A stretch of DNA of 64,000 nucleotides, from the NCBI GenBank assembly GCA_015065455.1, contig SVQI01000003.1, forward strand, positions 17,463 to 81,462, read 5' to 3'. Under the pieces are notes generated by a model. That model was not told the origin of the DNA and searched no databases. It saw nothing but the letters and a program-made list of their open reading frames with translations. Within the stretch, counting starts at the first letter, position 1. Every line of letters starts with the position of its first letter. Origin of the DNA: Oscillospiraceae bacterium (lineage in GTDB: Bacteria; Bacillota; Clostridia; Oscillospirales; CAG-272). A program made the translations under genes and the position numbers. Below are positions 18,171 through 28,302 of the stretch, in pieces.

Positions 18171-18902
18171 ATGCGACTTGATATATTTTTAACAGAAAAT
18201 AATTACTTTGAAAGCCGAAAAAAATCAGCCGATGCCATAAAGGCAGGATGGGTTTTTGTTGATGGAAAGTGTATCACAAAATCCTCATATGACGTTTGTG
18301 AGGAGTCAGATATCGAAATAAAGGGCGAAGTAATAAAGTATGTAGGCAGAGGCGGATTGAAGCTTGAAAAAGCCTTATCTGTTTTTTCTCTCGATATAAA
18401 CGGTAAAGTTTGTGTTGATATTGGCTCATCAACGGGTGGATTTACTGATTGTCTTTTACAGAACGGGGCTATAAAGGTATTTGCGGTCGATTCGGGGAAA
18501 AATCAGTTGCATGAAAAACTCAGAAATGACAGTCGTGTTGTTTGTATGGAAGGTTTTAATGCAAGATATCTTAATGAATCGGATATCGGCGGGAAATGCG
18601 ATGTTGTTGTAATGGACGTTTCTTTTATATCGCAGACTTTGCTGTACGAGGCTGTATCGAATGTCCTTTGTGATGGAGGATTTTTCGTATCCCTTATCAA
18701 ACCCCAGTTTGAAGCGGGTCGGAGCGGTATCGGGAAAAACGGTATTGTAAAAGATGAAAAGGTCAGAAAGTCGGTATGTGAAAAAATTGTAGAATGCTCA
18801 AAAATATACGGACTTGAAAACATTGCAATCGTTGATTCACCCATACTTGGTGGCGACGGTAACAAAGAGTATCTTGCGCTTTTTAAATATATACATAAAT
18901 AA
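18171..18902 (+). CDS. tlyA: TlyA-family rRNA (cytidine-2'-O)-methyltransferase
   Basis: N-terminal S4-like RLDIFL...SR, SAM motif DIGSSTGGFTD and KPQFE. Confidence 0.8.
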   Translation: MRLDIFLTENNYFESRKKSADAIKAGWVFVDGKCITKSSYDVCEESDIEIKGEVIKYVGRGGLKLEKALSVFSLDINGKVCVDIGSSTGGFTDCLLQNGAIKVFAVDSGKNQLHEKLRNDSRVVCMEGFNARYLNESDIGGKCDVVVMDVSFISQTLLYEAVSNVLCDGGFFVSLIKPQFEAGRSGIGKNGIVKDEKVRKSVCEKIVECSKIYGLENIAIVDSPILGGDGNKEYLALFKYIHK

Positions 18903-18919
18903 TTTCGGAGAGAAGTTTT

Positions 18920-19771
18920 ATGAAAAAAATTGCATTGGTTATAAAATCCGATAAGGATGAAGGTGTTTCTTTTGCATTAAAAACAATTCAGATACTTCTT
19001 GCCTGTAATTGTACTTTGTATCTGAAAACAGAGGAAAGAAATGTTTTAGGCGAGTTTGACGGCGTAGTATACAGGGAAGAAGGACAGATTTTTGATGATG
19101 CAGAGTGTGTCATAGTTCTCGGTGGAGATGGAACGATAATGCGTACGGCACACAAGACGAGATTACCTATTTTGGGAATCAACCTCGGAAGAATAGGTTA
19201 TATTGCAGAGCTTGAAACAAACGAACTGAATCTGCTGTCAGAGCTTGTAAATGATAATTTTACAATAGAAAACAGAATGATGCTCAGTTACAGAGTTATG
19301 AAAAACGGTGAGAGTATGGGACTTGACGCTTCTGTATTAAACGAAGTGGTGTTGTCAAAAGGCGGACATTCTGTTATGCCTGAAATAGAGCTTATCTGTA
19401 ACGGCGAAGAAGTGGGCAAATATTTTGCCGATGGTCTCATATGCGCAACACCAACCGGATCAACCGCTTATTCCTTGTCTGCCGGTGGCTCTATTGTTGA
19501 TCCCGGAATGGAATGTTTCTGTATTACACAGGTATGTCCACAGTCCTTTTATGCAAAGCCCCTCATTTTTTCAGGCGAATCGGCTTTGACCTTTAAAAAA
19601 GGAAAAAGAGGGCACGGCAGAGTTCATCTGGTTGCTGACGGTGATTTTATTACCGAAATTGAAGAAAATGATACTGTAACGGTTAAAAAAAGCGATATAA
19701 GCACAAAGCTTATAAAAATAAAGAAAAATAATTTTTACAGCGTTATGCGCAGTAAGATGACTGAAATATAA
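18920..19771 (+). CDS. nadK: NAD kinase
   Basis: GGDGT motif (VLGGDGTIMR), NLGRIGY and TPTGSTAYSLSAGG. Confidence 0.9.
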   Translation: MKKIALVIKSDKDEGVSFALKTIQILLACNCTLYLKTEERNVLGEFDGVVYREEGQIFDDAECVIVLGGDGTIMRTAHKTRLPILGINLGRIGYIAELETNELNLLSELVNDNFTIENRMMLSYRVMKNGESMGLDASVLNEVVLSKGGHSVMPEIELICNGEEVGKYFADGLICATPTGSTAYSLSAGGSIVDPGMECFCITQVCPQSFYAKPLIFSGESALTFKKGKRGHGRVHLVADGDFITEIEENDTVTVKKSDISTKLIKIKKNNFYSVMRSKMTEI

Positions 19772-19790
19772 ATTTACAGGAGTTTTTTGG

Positions 19791-20246
19791 ATGAAAAAAA
19801 ACAGACAGAACAAAATTATAGAATTGATAAATAAATATTGCATTGAAACGCAGGATGCTCTTATAGAAAAGCTTAAAGAAGAAGGCTTTGATGTTACTCA
19901 GGCGACTGCATCCAGAGATATAAGAGAATTAAATCTTGTTAAAGTGTCGGTAGACGGCAATACTTACAAATATGCCGAGTCGCCTAAGGACGATATAAAA
20001 ATATCGGTAAAATACAAAAACATATTAAAAGAAACACTTGTAAGTGCCGATTATGCTTGCAATATGATGGTGCTTAAAACGTATTCAGGTATGGCACAGG
20101 CGGCAGCTGCGGCGATTGATAATATGGGTTGGAATGAAATCGTAGGTTCTGTTGCGGGGGATGATACTATTATTATCGTAATGAGAAGTGACGAGAGCGC
20201 AAAGGATTTTTATTCGAGATTTAATGTTCTTATCGGGAAAAAATAA
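19791..20246 (+). CDS. argR: arginine repressor
   Basis: Winged-helix QATASRDIREL and C-terminal GSVAGDDTIIIV oligomerisation/arginine-binding motif. Confidence 0.9.
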   Translation: MKKNRQNKIIELINKYCIETQDALIEKLKEEGFDVTQATASRDIRELNLVKVSVDGNTYKYAESPKDDIKISVKYKNILKETLVSADYACNMMVLKTYSGMAQAAAAAIDNMGWNEIVGSVAGDDTIIIVMRSDESAKDFYSRFNVLIGKK

Positions 20247-20269
20247 AAAACAAAAAGAGGTAATTTTTT

Positions 20270-21949
20270 ATGCTATCCTCACTACACATAGAAAATATAG
20301 CGGTCATTCGTTCTGTTGATATTGATATGTCGAAGGGATTTACTGTGTTAACTGGTGAAACGGGTGCCGGTAAATCTATAATTATAGATTCAATTAATTT
20401 TCTGATGGGCAATAAGACCGGAAAAGAGCTTATAAGAAACGGTGAAAAAAGTGCTTTGGTTTCCGCTTTGTTTACCGATATTGGAAAAGATACGGCAGAA
20501 AGACTTGATGAGCTTGGTCTTACGTTAGATGAAAACGATGAGCTTTTTTTACAGAGAACATTGAATTCAGATGGCAAGTCGCAGATCAAGATTAACGGTA
20601 GAACAGTTCCTGCCGCGATACTTAAAGAAGCTGCGGGATTGCTTATAAATATACACGGTCAGCACGATAATAAATCGTTACTTGAGTCAAAATATCATAT
20701 AGATATACTTGATTCTTTTTCTGATAACGGAGATTATCTTGTCGAATATAAAAAATATTACGACAAGATGAATGAAATTACTTCAAACATAAAGTCACTC
20801 GAAATAAGCGAGGGAGAAAAGCAAAGGCTGACGGAAATACTAACGTTTCAGATAAAGGATATAGACAGCGCAAGATTAAAGCCGGGCGAGGAAGAAGAGC
20901 TTCTTGTACGCGAGTCGGTACTGCGCAACGGTGAACATATATCCAAGCAGATAAGATTTTGTTATAAGGCCTTATGCTCAAACGAAAAAGGCGTAACTGC
21001 CGCAACGCTTGCGAGAAAATCTGCGGATGCTCTTAATTCTGTTTCTGACGTACTACCCGAGCTCAAGGAATATGCAGAAAAGCTCAATGGCTTTGCATAT
21101 GAAATGGAAGAAATTGCAGTCAGCGCAAAGGAGATTGCGGGAGATATAAGTCTTGATCCTCTGATAGAATTGAACGAGGTACAGACAAGACTTGACGTTA
21201 TTCATAAATTAAAGAGAAAATACGGTTCAACCGTTGAAGAAATACTTGAATACAGAGATAAAAGAGCAGACGAGCTTGACAATATTTCCAGAAGCGAGGA
21301 TAAAATCGAGGAATTAAAGAGAGAATACCGCGAGGTTGAAAAAAAGGCATCGGAATTATGTTCTGTGATATCAGAAAGAAGAAAGAATGCGGCAGAGGTT
21401 TTAGAAAAACAAGTGTGCGAATGTCTTGCTTTTCTTGAAATGCCAAAGGTACGTTTTAAGGTTGATATATCTAAGCTTGATAAATATTCTGCAAAGGGTA
21501 AGGACGACGTTGTTTTTATGCTTTCTGCAAATTTAGGAGAACCTTTGAAAATGCTCTCAAAGATAGCGTCTGGCGGTGAACTGTCAAGAATTATGCTTTC
21601 CATAAAGAGTGTTTTGAGAGAAAAAGAAAGCACGGGGACCGTAATTTTTGACGAGGTTGATACGGGTGTTTCAGGAAAAACATCCCAGAAAATAGGCATA
21701 AAGCTGAAGCAGACGTCCGAAAGCTGTCAGGTTATCTGTATAACACATTCTGCACAGATTGCCGCATTAGCTGATGAACATTTGTTTATATCCAAGGCGG
21801 AAAACGAAGGCAGAGTTGAAACAAGAGTGAAAAATCTTGATTACGAATCAAGAATAGCCGAACTCGCAAGAATTATGGGCGGACAGGAAATAACACAGGT
21901 TCTACTGTCAAGCGCCAAGGAACTGCTTGATACCTCAAAAAAATATTAA
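20270..21949 (+). CDS. recN: DNA repair protein RecN
   Basis: Walker A GETGAGKS, long coiled coil, SGGELSR signature and Walker B VIFDEVD. Confidence 0.95.
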   Translation: MLSSLHIENIAVIRSVDIDMSKGFTVLTGETGAGKSIIIDSINFLMGNKTGKELIRNGEKSALVSALFTDIGKDTAERLDELGLTLDENDELFLQRTLNSDGKSQIKINGRTVPAAILKEAAGLLINIHGQHDNKSLLESKYHIDILDSFSDNGDYLVEYKKYYDKMNEITSNIKSLEISEGEKQRLTEILTFQIKDIDSARLKPGEEEELLVRESVLRNGEHISKQIRFCYKALCSNEKGVTAATLARKSADALNSVSDVLPELKEYAEKLNGFAYEMEEIAVSAKEIAGDISLDPLIELNEVQTRLDVIHKLKRKYGSTVEEILEYRDKRADELDNISRSEDKIEELKREYREVEKKASELCSVISERRKNAAEVLEKQVCECLAFLEMPKVRFKVDISKLDKYSAKGKDDVVFMLSANLGEPLKMLSKIASGGELSRIMLSIKSVLREKESTGTVIFDEVDTGVSGKTSQKIGIKLKQTSESCQVICITHSAQIAALADEHLFISKAENEGRVETRVKNLDYESRIAELARIMGGQEITQVLLSSAKELLDTSKKY

Positions 21950-22017
21950 GCGTAATTTATTGATTATTTTAAGCATATAATTATTGTATACACAAAAATT
22001 AAAAAGGAGGTTTTTTG

Positions 22018-22926
22018 ATGTCAAAATTATCAAACCTTGAGATGTTTATGAAAGAATGCGCATCGCTTGATTTTGAAAAAGATGCAAGTTTATCTTGTCA
22101 TTCTACATTTAAGGTTGGCGGAATTGCAGACTATATTGCATATCCGAAAAGTGAAAGTGCTTTATGTGCTTTAGTGGATTATTTGAATGACGAAAATATT
22201 AAATATATAGTAATTGGAAACGGAAGCAATTTGCTTTTTTCTGACGAAGGATACAGAGGTGTAGTCGTTGTAACTACACAGCTTAAAAAGATAAGAAAAT
22301 CAAGGAATACTATCTATGCTGAATGCGGCGTACCTCTTACAAGTCTGGCGTTATACGCTCAAAAACACGGTTTGTCGGGACTTGAATTTGCTTACGGAAT
22401 TCCGGGAAGTGTTGGCGGTGCTGTGTTTATGAATGCCGGCGCATACGATGGAGAAATAAAAGACGTTTTGCAAAAGAGCTCGTATTTTGATGCATCGCTT
22501 TCCAAAAGATGCGAACTATATAACGCGGGACATAAATTTGGATATAGAAGTAGTATTTACGAGTCAAACGACAACGTAATACTTTCGGCTGTTTTTGAAT
22601 TGACACCCGGAGACCCCGATGAAATCAAACATAAAATGGACGGATTTATGGCTTTAAGAAAGGAAAAACAGCCGCTTGAATATCCGAGCGCGGGAAGTAC
22701 CTTTAAAAGATGCGAGGGACATTATACATCCAAGATGATTGATGAAGCAGGGTTAAAGGGCAGAGCTGTCGGTGGTGCTATGGTGTCCGAAAAACACGCG
22801 GGATTTGTTATTAATAAAGGAAATGCTACGTCAAATGATATAAAAGAACTTATATCTATTATAAAGGCAGAGCTTAAGAAAAAGTTTGACGTTGATATTC
22901 AGGAAGAAATAAAATATATCGATTAA
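22018..22926 (+). CDS. murB: UDP-N-acetylmuramate dehydrogenase
   Basis: FAD-binding GNGSNLL, AGSTFK and VSEKHAGF. The ATG at 22018 lies 7 nt after AAAGGAGG. Confidence 0.9.
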   Translation: MSKLSNLEMFMKECASLDFEKDASLSCHSTFKVGGIADYIAYPKSESALCALVDYLNDENIKYIVIGNGSNLLFSDEGYRGVVVVTTQLKKIRKSRNTIYAECGVPLTSLALYAQKHGLSGLEFAYGIPGSVGGAVFMNAGAYDGEIKDVLQKSSYFDASLSKRCELYNAGHKFGYRSSIYESNDNVILSAVFELTPGDPDEIKHKMDGFMALRKEKQPLEYPSAGSTFKRCEGHYTSKMIDEAGLKGRAVGGAMVSEKHAGFVINKGNATSNDIKELISIIKAELKKKFDVDIQEEIKYID

Positions 22927-22960
22927 TTTTTAATTAGTTTCAGGGAAAAAGGGATAGTTT

Positions 22961-23842
22961 ATGGATTTTATGATTTTAACGGGAATGTCGGGAGCAGGAA
23001 AATCAAGAGCTGCCGATACTCTTGAAGATATGGGATATCTCTGTATAGATAATATGCCTGTGGCTTTTATACCTAAGTTTGCGGAGATGTACAGTCGATC
23101 GTCAAATGAAAGCAAAAAGGTGGCTTTCGTTATTGACGTAAGAGGCGAGATCGAGTTTGATACACTTATAAAAGAGCTCGATGCCTTAAAAGAAAGAGGA
23201 TACTCATGTACAACTCTTTTTGTTGACTGTGACAGCGAGGTTATTATTAACAGATACAAGGAAACAAGAAGAATACACCCACTTGTTCCTATCAAGAATC
23301 TCGGAATGAAAGATGCCATAGAACTTGAAAGAAAGATGCTGAAGCCGATAAAAAAATATTCGGACTACGTGATAGATACGACGCATCTGTCAGTAAGGCA
23401 ATTGAGAGATAAGATATTTGCGATTAATTCAAATGGCAACAAAAAAGAACTTATGCTTACTTGTATGTCATTTGGTTTTAAACACGGTATCGTAACGGAC
23501 GCGGATCTTGTTTTTGACGTAAGATGTTTCCCTAATCCTTTTTACATAACTGAATTGAAAGATAAGACTGGACTCGAACAAGACGTGAAGGATTACGTTT
23601 TTTCAAACGGAGAGGTTACGACATTTCTTGAAAAATTGTACGATATGCTAAATTACCTTATACCGTTATACGCAAAGGAAGGTAAATCACAGCTCACCAT
23701 TGCAATAGGGTGTACCGGTGGTAAACATAGATCCGTAGCAATCACGGAAGAGGTAGGAAAATATCTTAGTTCGAGTTTTAAAACTGTCATTGTTCATAGG
23801 GATATCGCAAAGCTTTATGACAGTATAAAACAGGAGTATTGA
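22961..23842 (+). CDS. rapZ: RNase adapter / nucleotide-binding protein RapZ (YvcJ)
   Basis: Walker A GMSGAGKS, DVRCFPNP and GCTGGKHRSV. Confidence 0.9.
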   Translation: MDFMILTGMSGAGKSRAADTLEDMGYLCIDNMPVAFIPKFAEMYSRSSNESKKVAFVIDVRGEIEFDTLIKELDALKERGYSCTTLFVDCDSEVIINRYKETRRIHPLVPIKNLGMKDAIELERKMLKPIKKYSDYVIDTTHLSVRQLRDKIFAINSNGNKKELMLTCMSFGFKHGIVTDADLVFDVRCFPNPFYITELKDKTGLEQDVKDYVFSNGEVTTFLEKLYDMLNYLIPLYAKEGKSQLTIAIGCTGGKHRSVAITEEVGKYLSSSFKTVIVHRDIAKLYDSIKQEY

Positions 23843-24595
23843 ATGTCTTATTCATGTGAATTAAAGAAAACCCTTAAAGAAATGAGTATGAAGAAAAAGT
23901 GCTGTAGAAATTCTTTTTTCTTCGGTGAAAATCTATTTCTTTATGCCAACCAAAAAAATGAGTCGTTTGATTTTCAAAAGTACGGATATAACTCAATAGA
24001 GGATATTTATGAAATAAATAATGATTACTTTAAATGTCCGTCTTGCAGAAGCAGTTTTTTGCGCGGAGTTTTTTGTGCTACGGGTACAGTATCATCTCCC
24101 GATAAATCATTTCACTTTGAAATAAAGGTAGGAAATGAAGCACTTTGTGATAGCCTGCGTGAATTTATTTCCTCTAACTGTCTTGAGATGAAGAAAACTA
24201 AAAGACAAAATTATCATTCTTTATATTTAAAAAAAGGCGACGATATCGAGGATATATTGCATTTTATGGGTGCCGGCAAGGAGGCGTTTGAGGTTGCAAA
24301 TGAGAAAATTAAAAGAGATTTTGCAAACCTTGAAAACAGACGAACTAATTTTGAGGTCGTTAATCTTGGGAAAACTATTTCGGCCGCAGGGGCGTCGGTT
24401 GATGCTATAAATAAACTGATGAGTAAGGGAATGCTTTCAAAGCTTCCGAAAGGACTTGTGGAGACTGCGCAATTAAGACTTGATAACCCTTTTGCAAGTC
24501 TTGAGGAACTAACGGAGCTTCACACAGATAGAATATCAAAATCAGGTGTTAATCACCGTTTGAAAAAACTGATAGAATTAGCAGATGAGCTTTAA
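23843..24595 (+). CDS. whiA: DNA-binding protein WhiA, short form (vestigial first LAGLIDADG-like domain)
   Basis: CCRNSFFFG, then only about 45 aa later C..CRSSFLRGVFCATGTVSSPDKSFHFEI, and a C-terminal HTH (SKSGVNHRLKKL). 250 aa, versus about 315 for B. subtilis YvcL as I recall it. Confidence 0.8.
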   Translation: MSYSCELKKTLKEMSMKKKCCRNSFFFGENLFLYANQKNESFDFQKYGYNSIEDIYEINNDYFKCPSCRSSFLRGVFCATGTVSSPDKSFHFEIKVGNEALCDSLREFISSNCLEMKKTKRQNYHSLYLKKGDDIEDILHFMGAGKEAFEVANEKIKRDFANLENRRTNFEVVNLGKTISAAGASVDAINKLMSKGMLSKLPKGLVETAQLRLDNPFASLEELTELHTDRISKSGVNHRLKKLIELADEL

Positions 24596-24614
24596 TTAAA
24601 AAGGAGGGTGCTGT

Positions 24615-27600
24615 ATGAGCGGATTTGTTCACTTGCATTTACATACGGAATATAGTTTGCTCGACGGCGCTTGTCGAATAGACGATATTCCAAAGATTGC
24701 TAAAGAAATGGGCCATAATGCTGTTGCAATAACCGACCATGGAGCTATGTATGGGGTTGTTGATTTTTACAAAAGCTGCAAAAAACACGGAATTAAAGCT
24801 ATTATTGGTTGCGAGGTGTACGTTGCATCAAGATCCAGATTTGATAAGGAATATCTGAAAGACAGTGAATATAACCATCTTATTTTGCTTGTAAAAAATA
24901 TGACGGGTTATAAAAATTTAATATATATGGTATCGAAGGCTTTCGAGGAAGGCTTTTATTCAAAACCCAGAATTGACAATGATTTGCTTGAAGAGCATTC
25001 AGAGGGCTTGATTTGTCTGTCTGCTTGTATAGCGGGGGCAATTCCAAGATCAATAATGAAAAATGATTATCAGGCAGCTTTAGACTACGCAATAAAACTT
25101 GATAAGCTTTTTGGAAGAGGAAATTTCTATCTTGAATTACAGAATCACGGACTTGAGGCAGAAGACGAAGTAAGGCTCGGTTTAAAGAAAATTCATGAAG
25201 AAACCGGGATTCCGTTTGCAGCAACTAACGACGTTCATTATTTAAGGAAGAACGATGCGCAAACACAGGCCGTATTGATGTGTCTGCAAATGAATACTAC
25301 GATAAACGAAGGCAGACCCCTTGGGTTTGAAACCGACGATTTTTATTATAAAAGCACTTCTGAAATGGAAGAATTGTTCTCTGAGTACGAGGACGCTATT
25401 TCCAACACTCAAAAGATTGCAGATATGTGTGATTTTGAGTTTGAGTTTGATAAGACGTACTTGCCGAGGTGCGTTCCAGATAATAATATGTCGGCAAAAG
25501 AATATTTAAGAAAACTTGCATTTGACGGTCTGAATAACAAGTTGTTAAAGAGACAGATCGAATACACAGAAGAACACTCAGAAGATGAATACAAAAAACG
25601 TATGGAATACGAGCTTTCGGTTATAACCGAGATGGGATATGCCGAGTATTATCTTATTGTTTGGGATTTTGTTAATTATGCAAAGACACACCGTATACCG
25701 ACAGGCCCCGGAAGAGGCTCGGGCGCGGGAAGTTTAATTGCTTATCTTATTGGAATTACCGAGATTGATTCAATAAAGCACGGGCTTTTGTTTGAGCGCT
25801 TTTTAAATCCGGAAAGAGTAAGTATGCCGGACTTTGATATAGATTTCAGCGATGAAAAAAGAGACTTGGTATACGATTATGTCTCATCAAAATACGGAAA
25901 AGAACACGTTTCTCATATAATAACCTTTGGTACGTTGGCGGCAAGGGCTTGCGTAAGGGATGTAGGACGTGCTATGGGAATGTCATACAACAGCGTAGCC
26001 AGAGTTGCAGAGGCTGTTCCGCAAAGGATTTCCGTAAAAAACGAAGACGGAACAACAGAGAACATAAATAAAGTTACACTTGATATGGCTCTCAAAACGG
26101 ACAAGCTGAGAGAAATGTATGATAATGAGCCCGAGGCGCGCCGTCTAATCGATACGGCAAGGGCGCTTGAGGGAATGCCAAGACACGCTTCGACACACGC
26201 GGCAGGCGTTGTAATAACCGACAAGCCTATATGCGAATACGTGCCTATGGCTGTGACGAAGGGCTCTCTTGTAACTCAGTTTGATATGAATACCGTTGCA
26301 GATTTAGGACTTCTTAAATTTGACTTTCTTGGACTCAGATTTTTGACGGTGATTGAAAATACTGTTTCAAAAATTAAAGAAACAGATAAAAATTTTGATA
26401 TAGAAAATATTCCTCTTGACGACAGAGCAACGTTTAAAATGATATCCGACGGTGATACTATCGGTCTATTTCAGCTTGAAAGCCAGGGAATGAGAAGTAA
26501 ACTTGTACAGTTAAGACCTGAAAGTCTTGCTGATATTATGGCATCGATCGCGTTATACCGACCCGGACCTATGAATTCTATAGGTAAATACATCGAGAAC
26601 AAAAGAAACAGAAACAATATTGATTATAAAATCTCTCTTTTAGAGCCTATTCTAAAAGAAACGTTTGGTTGCGTCGTATATCAGGAACAGGTAATGCAGA
26701 TATTCCGAACGATTGCCGACTACTCGTTTGGACAGGCTGATATAATCAGAAAGGCGATGTCAAAAAAGCAAGCGGGCAAGATAGAACTGGAAAGAAATAC
26801 TTTTCTTTCTAAGGCAGTTGATAAGGGAATAGACTTTAATTCTGCATCTGAACTTTTTGGCGAGCTTGTTGGCTTTTGTAAATATGCTTTCAACAAGAGC
26901 CATGCGGCATCATATTCGGTTGTTACTTACAGAACGGCGTATTTGAAATGCCATTATCCAAAAGAATATATGGCATCGCTTTTAACTTCTGTTATAGGAG
27001 ACGAAGACAGGACAGCGTTGTACTCGGAAGAATGTAAAAGACTTGGAATTCAACTTTTGCCCCCCGATATAAACGAAAGCTACGGTTACTTTAACGTTGT
27101 GGGTGACAATATAAGATTTGCGCTTCTTGCACTCAAGAATGTGGGACGCACGTTTGTTGAGAATGTTGTAAAAGAGAGAGAGAATGGATTGTTTACAACG
27201 TTTGAAAGCTTTGTCAGCCGTATGCGTGAATCGGATCTTAATAAACGTCAAATCGAGTCCTTGATAAAATCGGGAGCGTTTGATTTTACAAGGCTTTACA
27301 GATCTCAACTGATGTCAGTTTACGAAAATATAATTGATAGCGTAGCTGAAAATAACAGAAGAAATGCTACAGGTCAGCTTGATTTCTTTTCCGTTGATTC
27401 AGAAGAAATAGTTGAAGATAAGAGTATATATAAATATCCCGATATCAGAGAATATAACTTGAAAGAAAAATTGCTGTACGAAAAAGAATGTGCCGGATTT
27501 TATTTTTCAGGTAATTTGCTTGATGACTATTCGGAACACGAAAAGGCTGTCAGATCAGTTTCTATTAAAAGGATAATTATGTCTTTTGATATAACCGATG

Positions 27601-28172
27601 GCGAGGATATAACCGAAGGTACTAAAGAATACCGTGACAGGCAGAACGTTTGTGTTTCCGGAATTATAACGAAGATCGTTGATAAAACCACCAAAAAGGG
27701 CGATAAAATGTGCTTTGTTACCCTTGAGGACAGAAACGGGCAGATTGAAGTGATCGTTTTTTCTTCGGTGCTCGAGGAATACGGATATATGCTGACTCTT
27801 GATAATATCGTTGCCGTAAGGGGAGATATATCGGCAAGGGGAGAAAATGAAGTTAAAATAATACTCCAGAAAGCCGAAATTTTGAAGACGAATGATGAAT
27901 TTGTAAAGTACAATAAGGTTTACGTCCAACCCCAAAAAACAGATAGACAAGACGAGAGAGTGCTTTATTTAAGAGTAAACGATATGGAAAGCATAGAATT
28001 TAAAAAGGCATTGAATCTTGTTGAGATTTTTGACGGCAAAACAAAGGTTGTATTTTATGATGCATCGAAAAAACAGTATGTTTCGGCAAACGGAAGGTCA
28101 ATAGAGATTTCCGATAAAGTGATAGGATTTTTCAACGACTTATTAGGAAAAGAAAACGTAGTTGTTAAATGA
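24615..28172 (+). CDS. dnaE: DNA polymerase III alpha subunit (DnaE type)
   Basis: PHP domain HLHLHTEYSLLDGA, palm PDFDIDF, HAAGVVI and a C-terminal OB fold. AAAGGAGG SD. Confidence 0.95.
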   Translation: MSGFVHLHLHTEYSLLDGACRIDDIPKIAKEMGHNAVAITDHGAMYGVVDFYKSCKKHGIKAIIGCEVYVASRSRFDKEYLKDSEYNHLILLVKNMTGYKNLIYMVSKAFEEGFYSKPRIDNDLLEEHSEGLICLSACIAGAIPRSIMKNDYQAALDYAIKLDKLFGRGNFYLELQNHGLEAEDEVRLGLKKIHEETGIPFAATNDVHYLRKNDAQTQAVLMCLQMNTTINEGRPLGFETDDFYYKSTSEMEELFSEYEDAISNTQKIADMCDFEFEFDKTYLPRCVPDNNMSAKEYLRKLAFDGLNNKLLKRQIEYTEEHSEDEYKKRMEYELSVITEMGYAEYYLIVWDFVNYAKTHRIPTGPGRGSGAGSLIAYLIGITEIDSIKHGLLFERFLNPERVSMPDFDIDFSDEKRDLVYDYVSSKYGKEHVSHIITFGTLAARACVRDVGRAMGMSYNSVARVAEAVPQRISVKNEDGTTENINKVTLDMALKTDKLREMYDNEPEARRLIDTARALEGMPRHASTHAAGVVITDKPICEYVPMAVTKGSLVTQFDMNTVADLGLLKFDFLGLRFLTVIENTVSKIKETDKNFDIENIPLDDRATFKMISDGDTIGLFQLESQGMRSKLVQLRPESLADIMASIALYRPGPMNSIGKYIENKRNRNNIDYKISLLEPILKETFGCVVYQEQVMQIFRTIADYSFGQADIIRKAMSKKQAGKIELERNTFLSKAVDKGIDFNSASELFGELVGFCKYAFNKSHAASYSVVTYRTAYLKCHYPKEYMASLLTSVIGDEDRTALYSEECKRLGIQLLPPDINESYGYFNVVGDNIRFALLALKNVGRTFVENVVKERENGLFTTFESFVSRMRESDLNKRQIESLIKSGAFDFTRLYRSQLMSVYENIIDSVAENNRRNATGQLDFFSVDSEEIVEDKSIYKYPDIREYNLKEKLLYEKECAGFYFSGNLLDDYSEHEKAVRSVSIKRIIMSFDITDGEDITEGTKEYRDRQNVCVSGIITKIVDKTTKKGDKMCFVTLEDRNGQIEVIVFSSVLEEYGYMLTLDNIVAVRGDISARGENEVKIILQKAEILKTNDEFVKYNKVYVQPQKTDRQDERVLYLRVNDMESIEFKKALNLVEIFDGKTKVVFYDASKKQYVSANGRSIEISDKVIGFFNDLLGKENVVVK

Positions 28173-28302
28173 AATTTTCAAATATTAGTATGGAAATTAA
28201 CAACAAATTTATAATTGTATGTTATAATTGGCAATAGTTATTTCTAAAGTAAATTAAATCATATACTTATACGGTATTGTTCGATGAATACGGAGGATAG
28301 GT

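Noticed and set aside
21202-21699. 165-aa minus-strand ORF (with similar cases at 18503-18865, 22930-23319, 27527-27950, 28633-29058 and 38684-39100).
   Set aside because: All lie antisense within strongly supported genes (recN, tlyA, rapZ, dnaE, the PBP gene, glgA). They lack SDs and have Ser/Phe/Leu-rich antisense composition.
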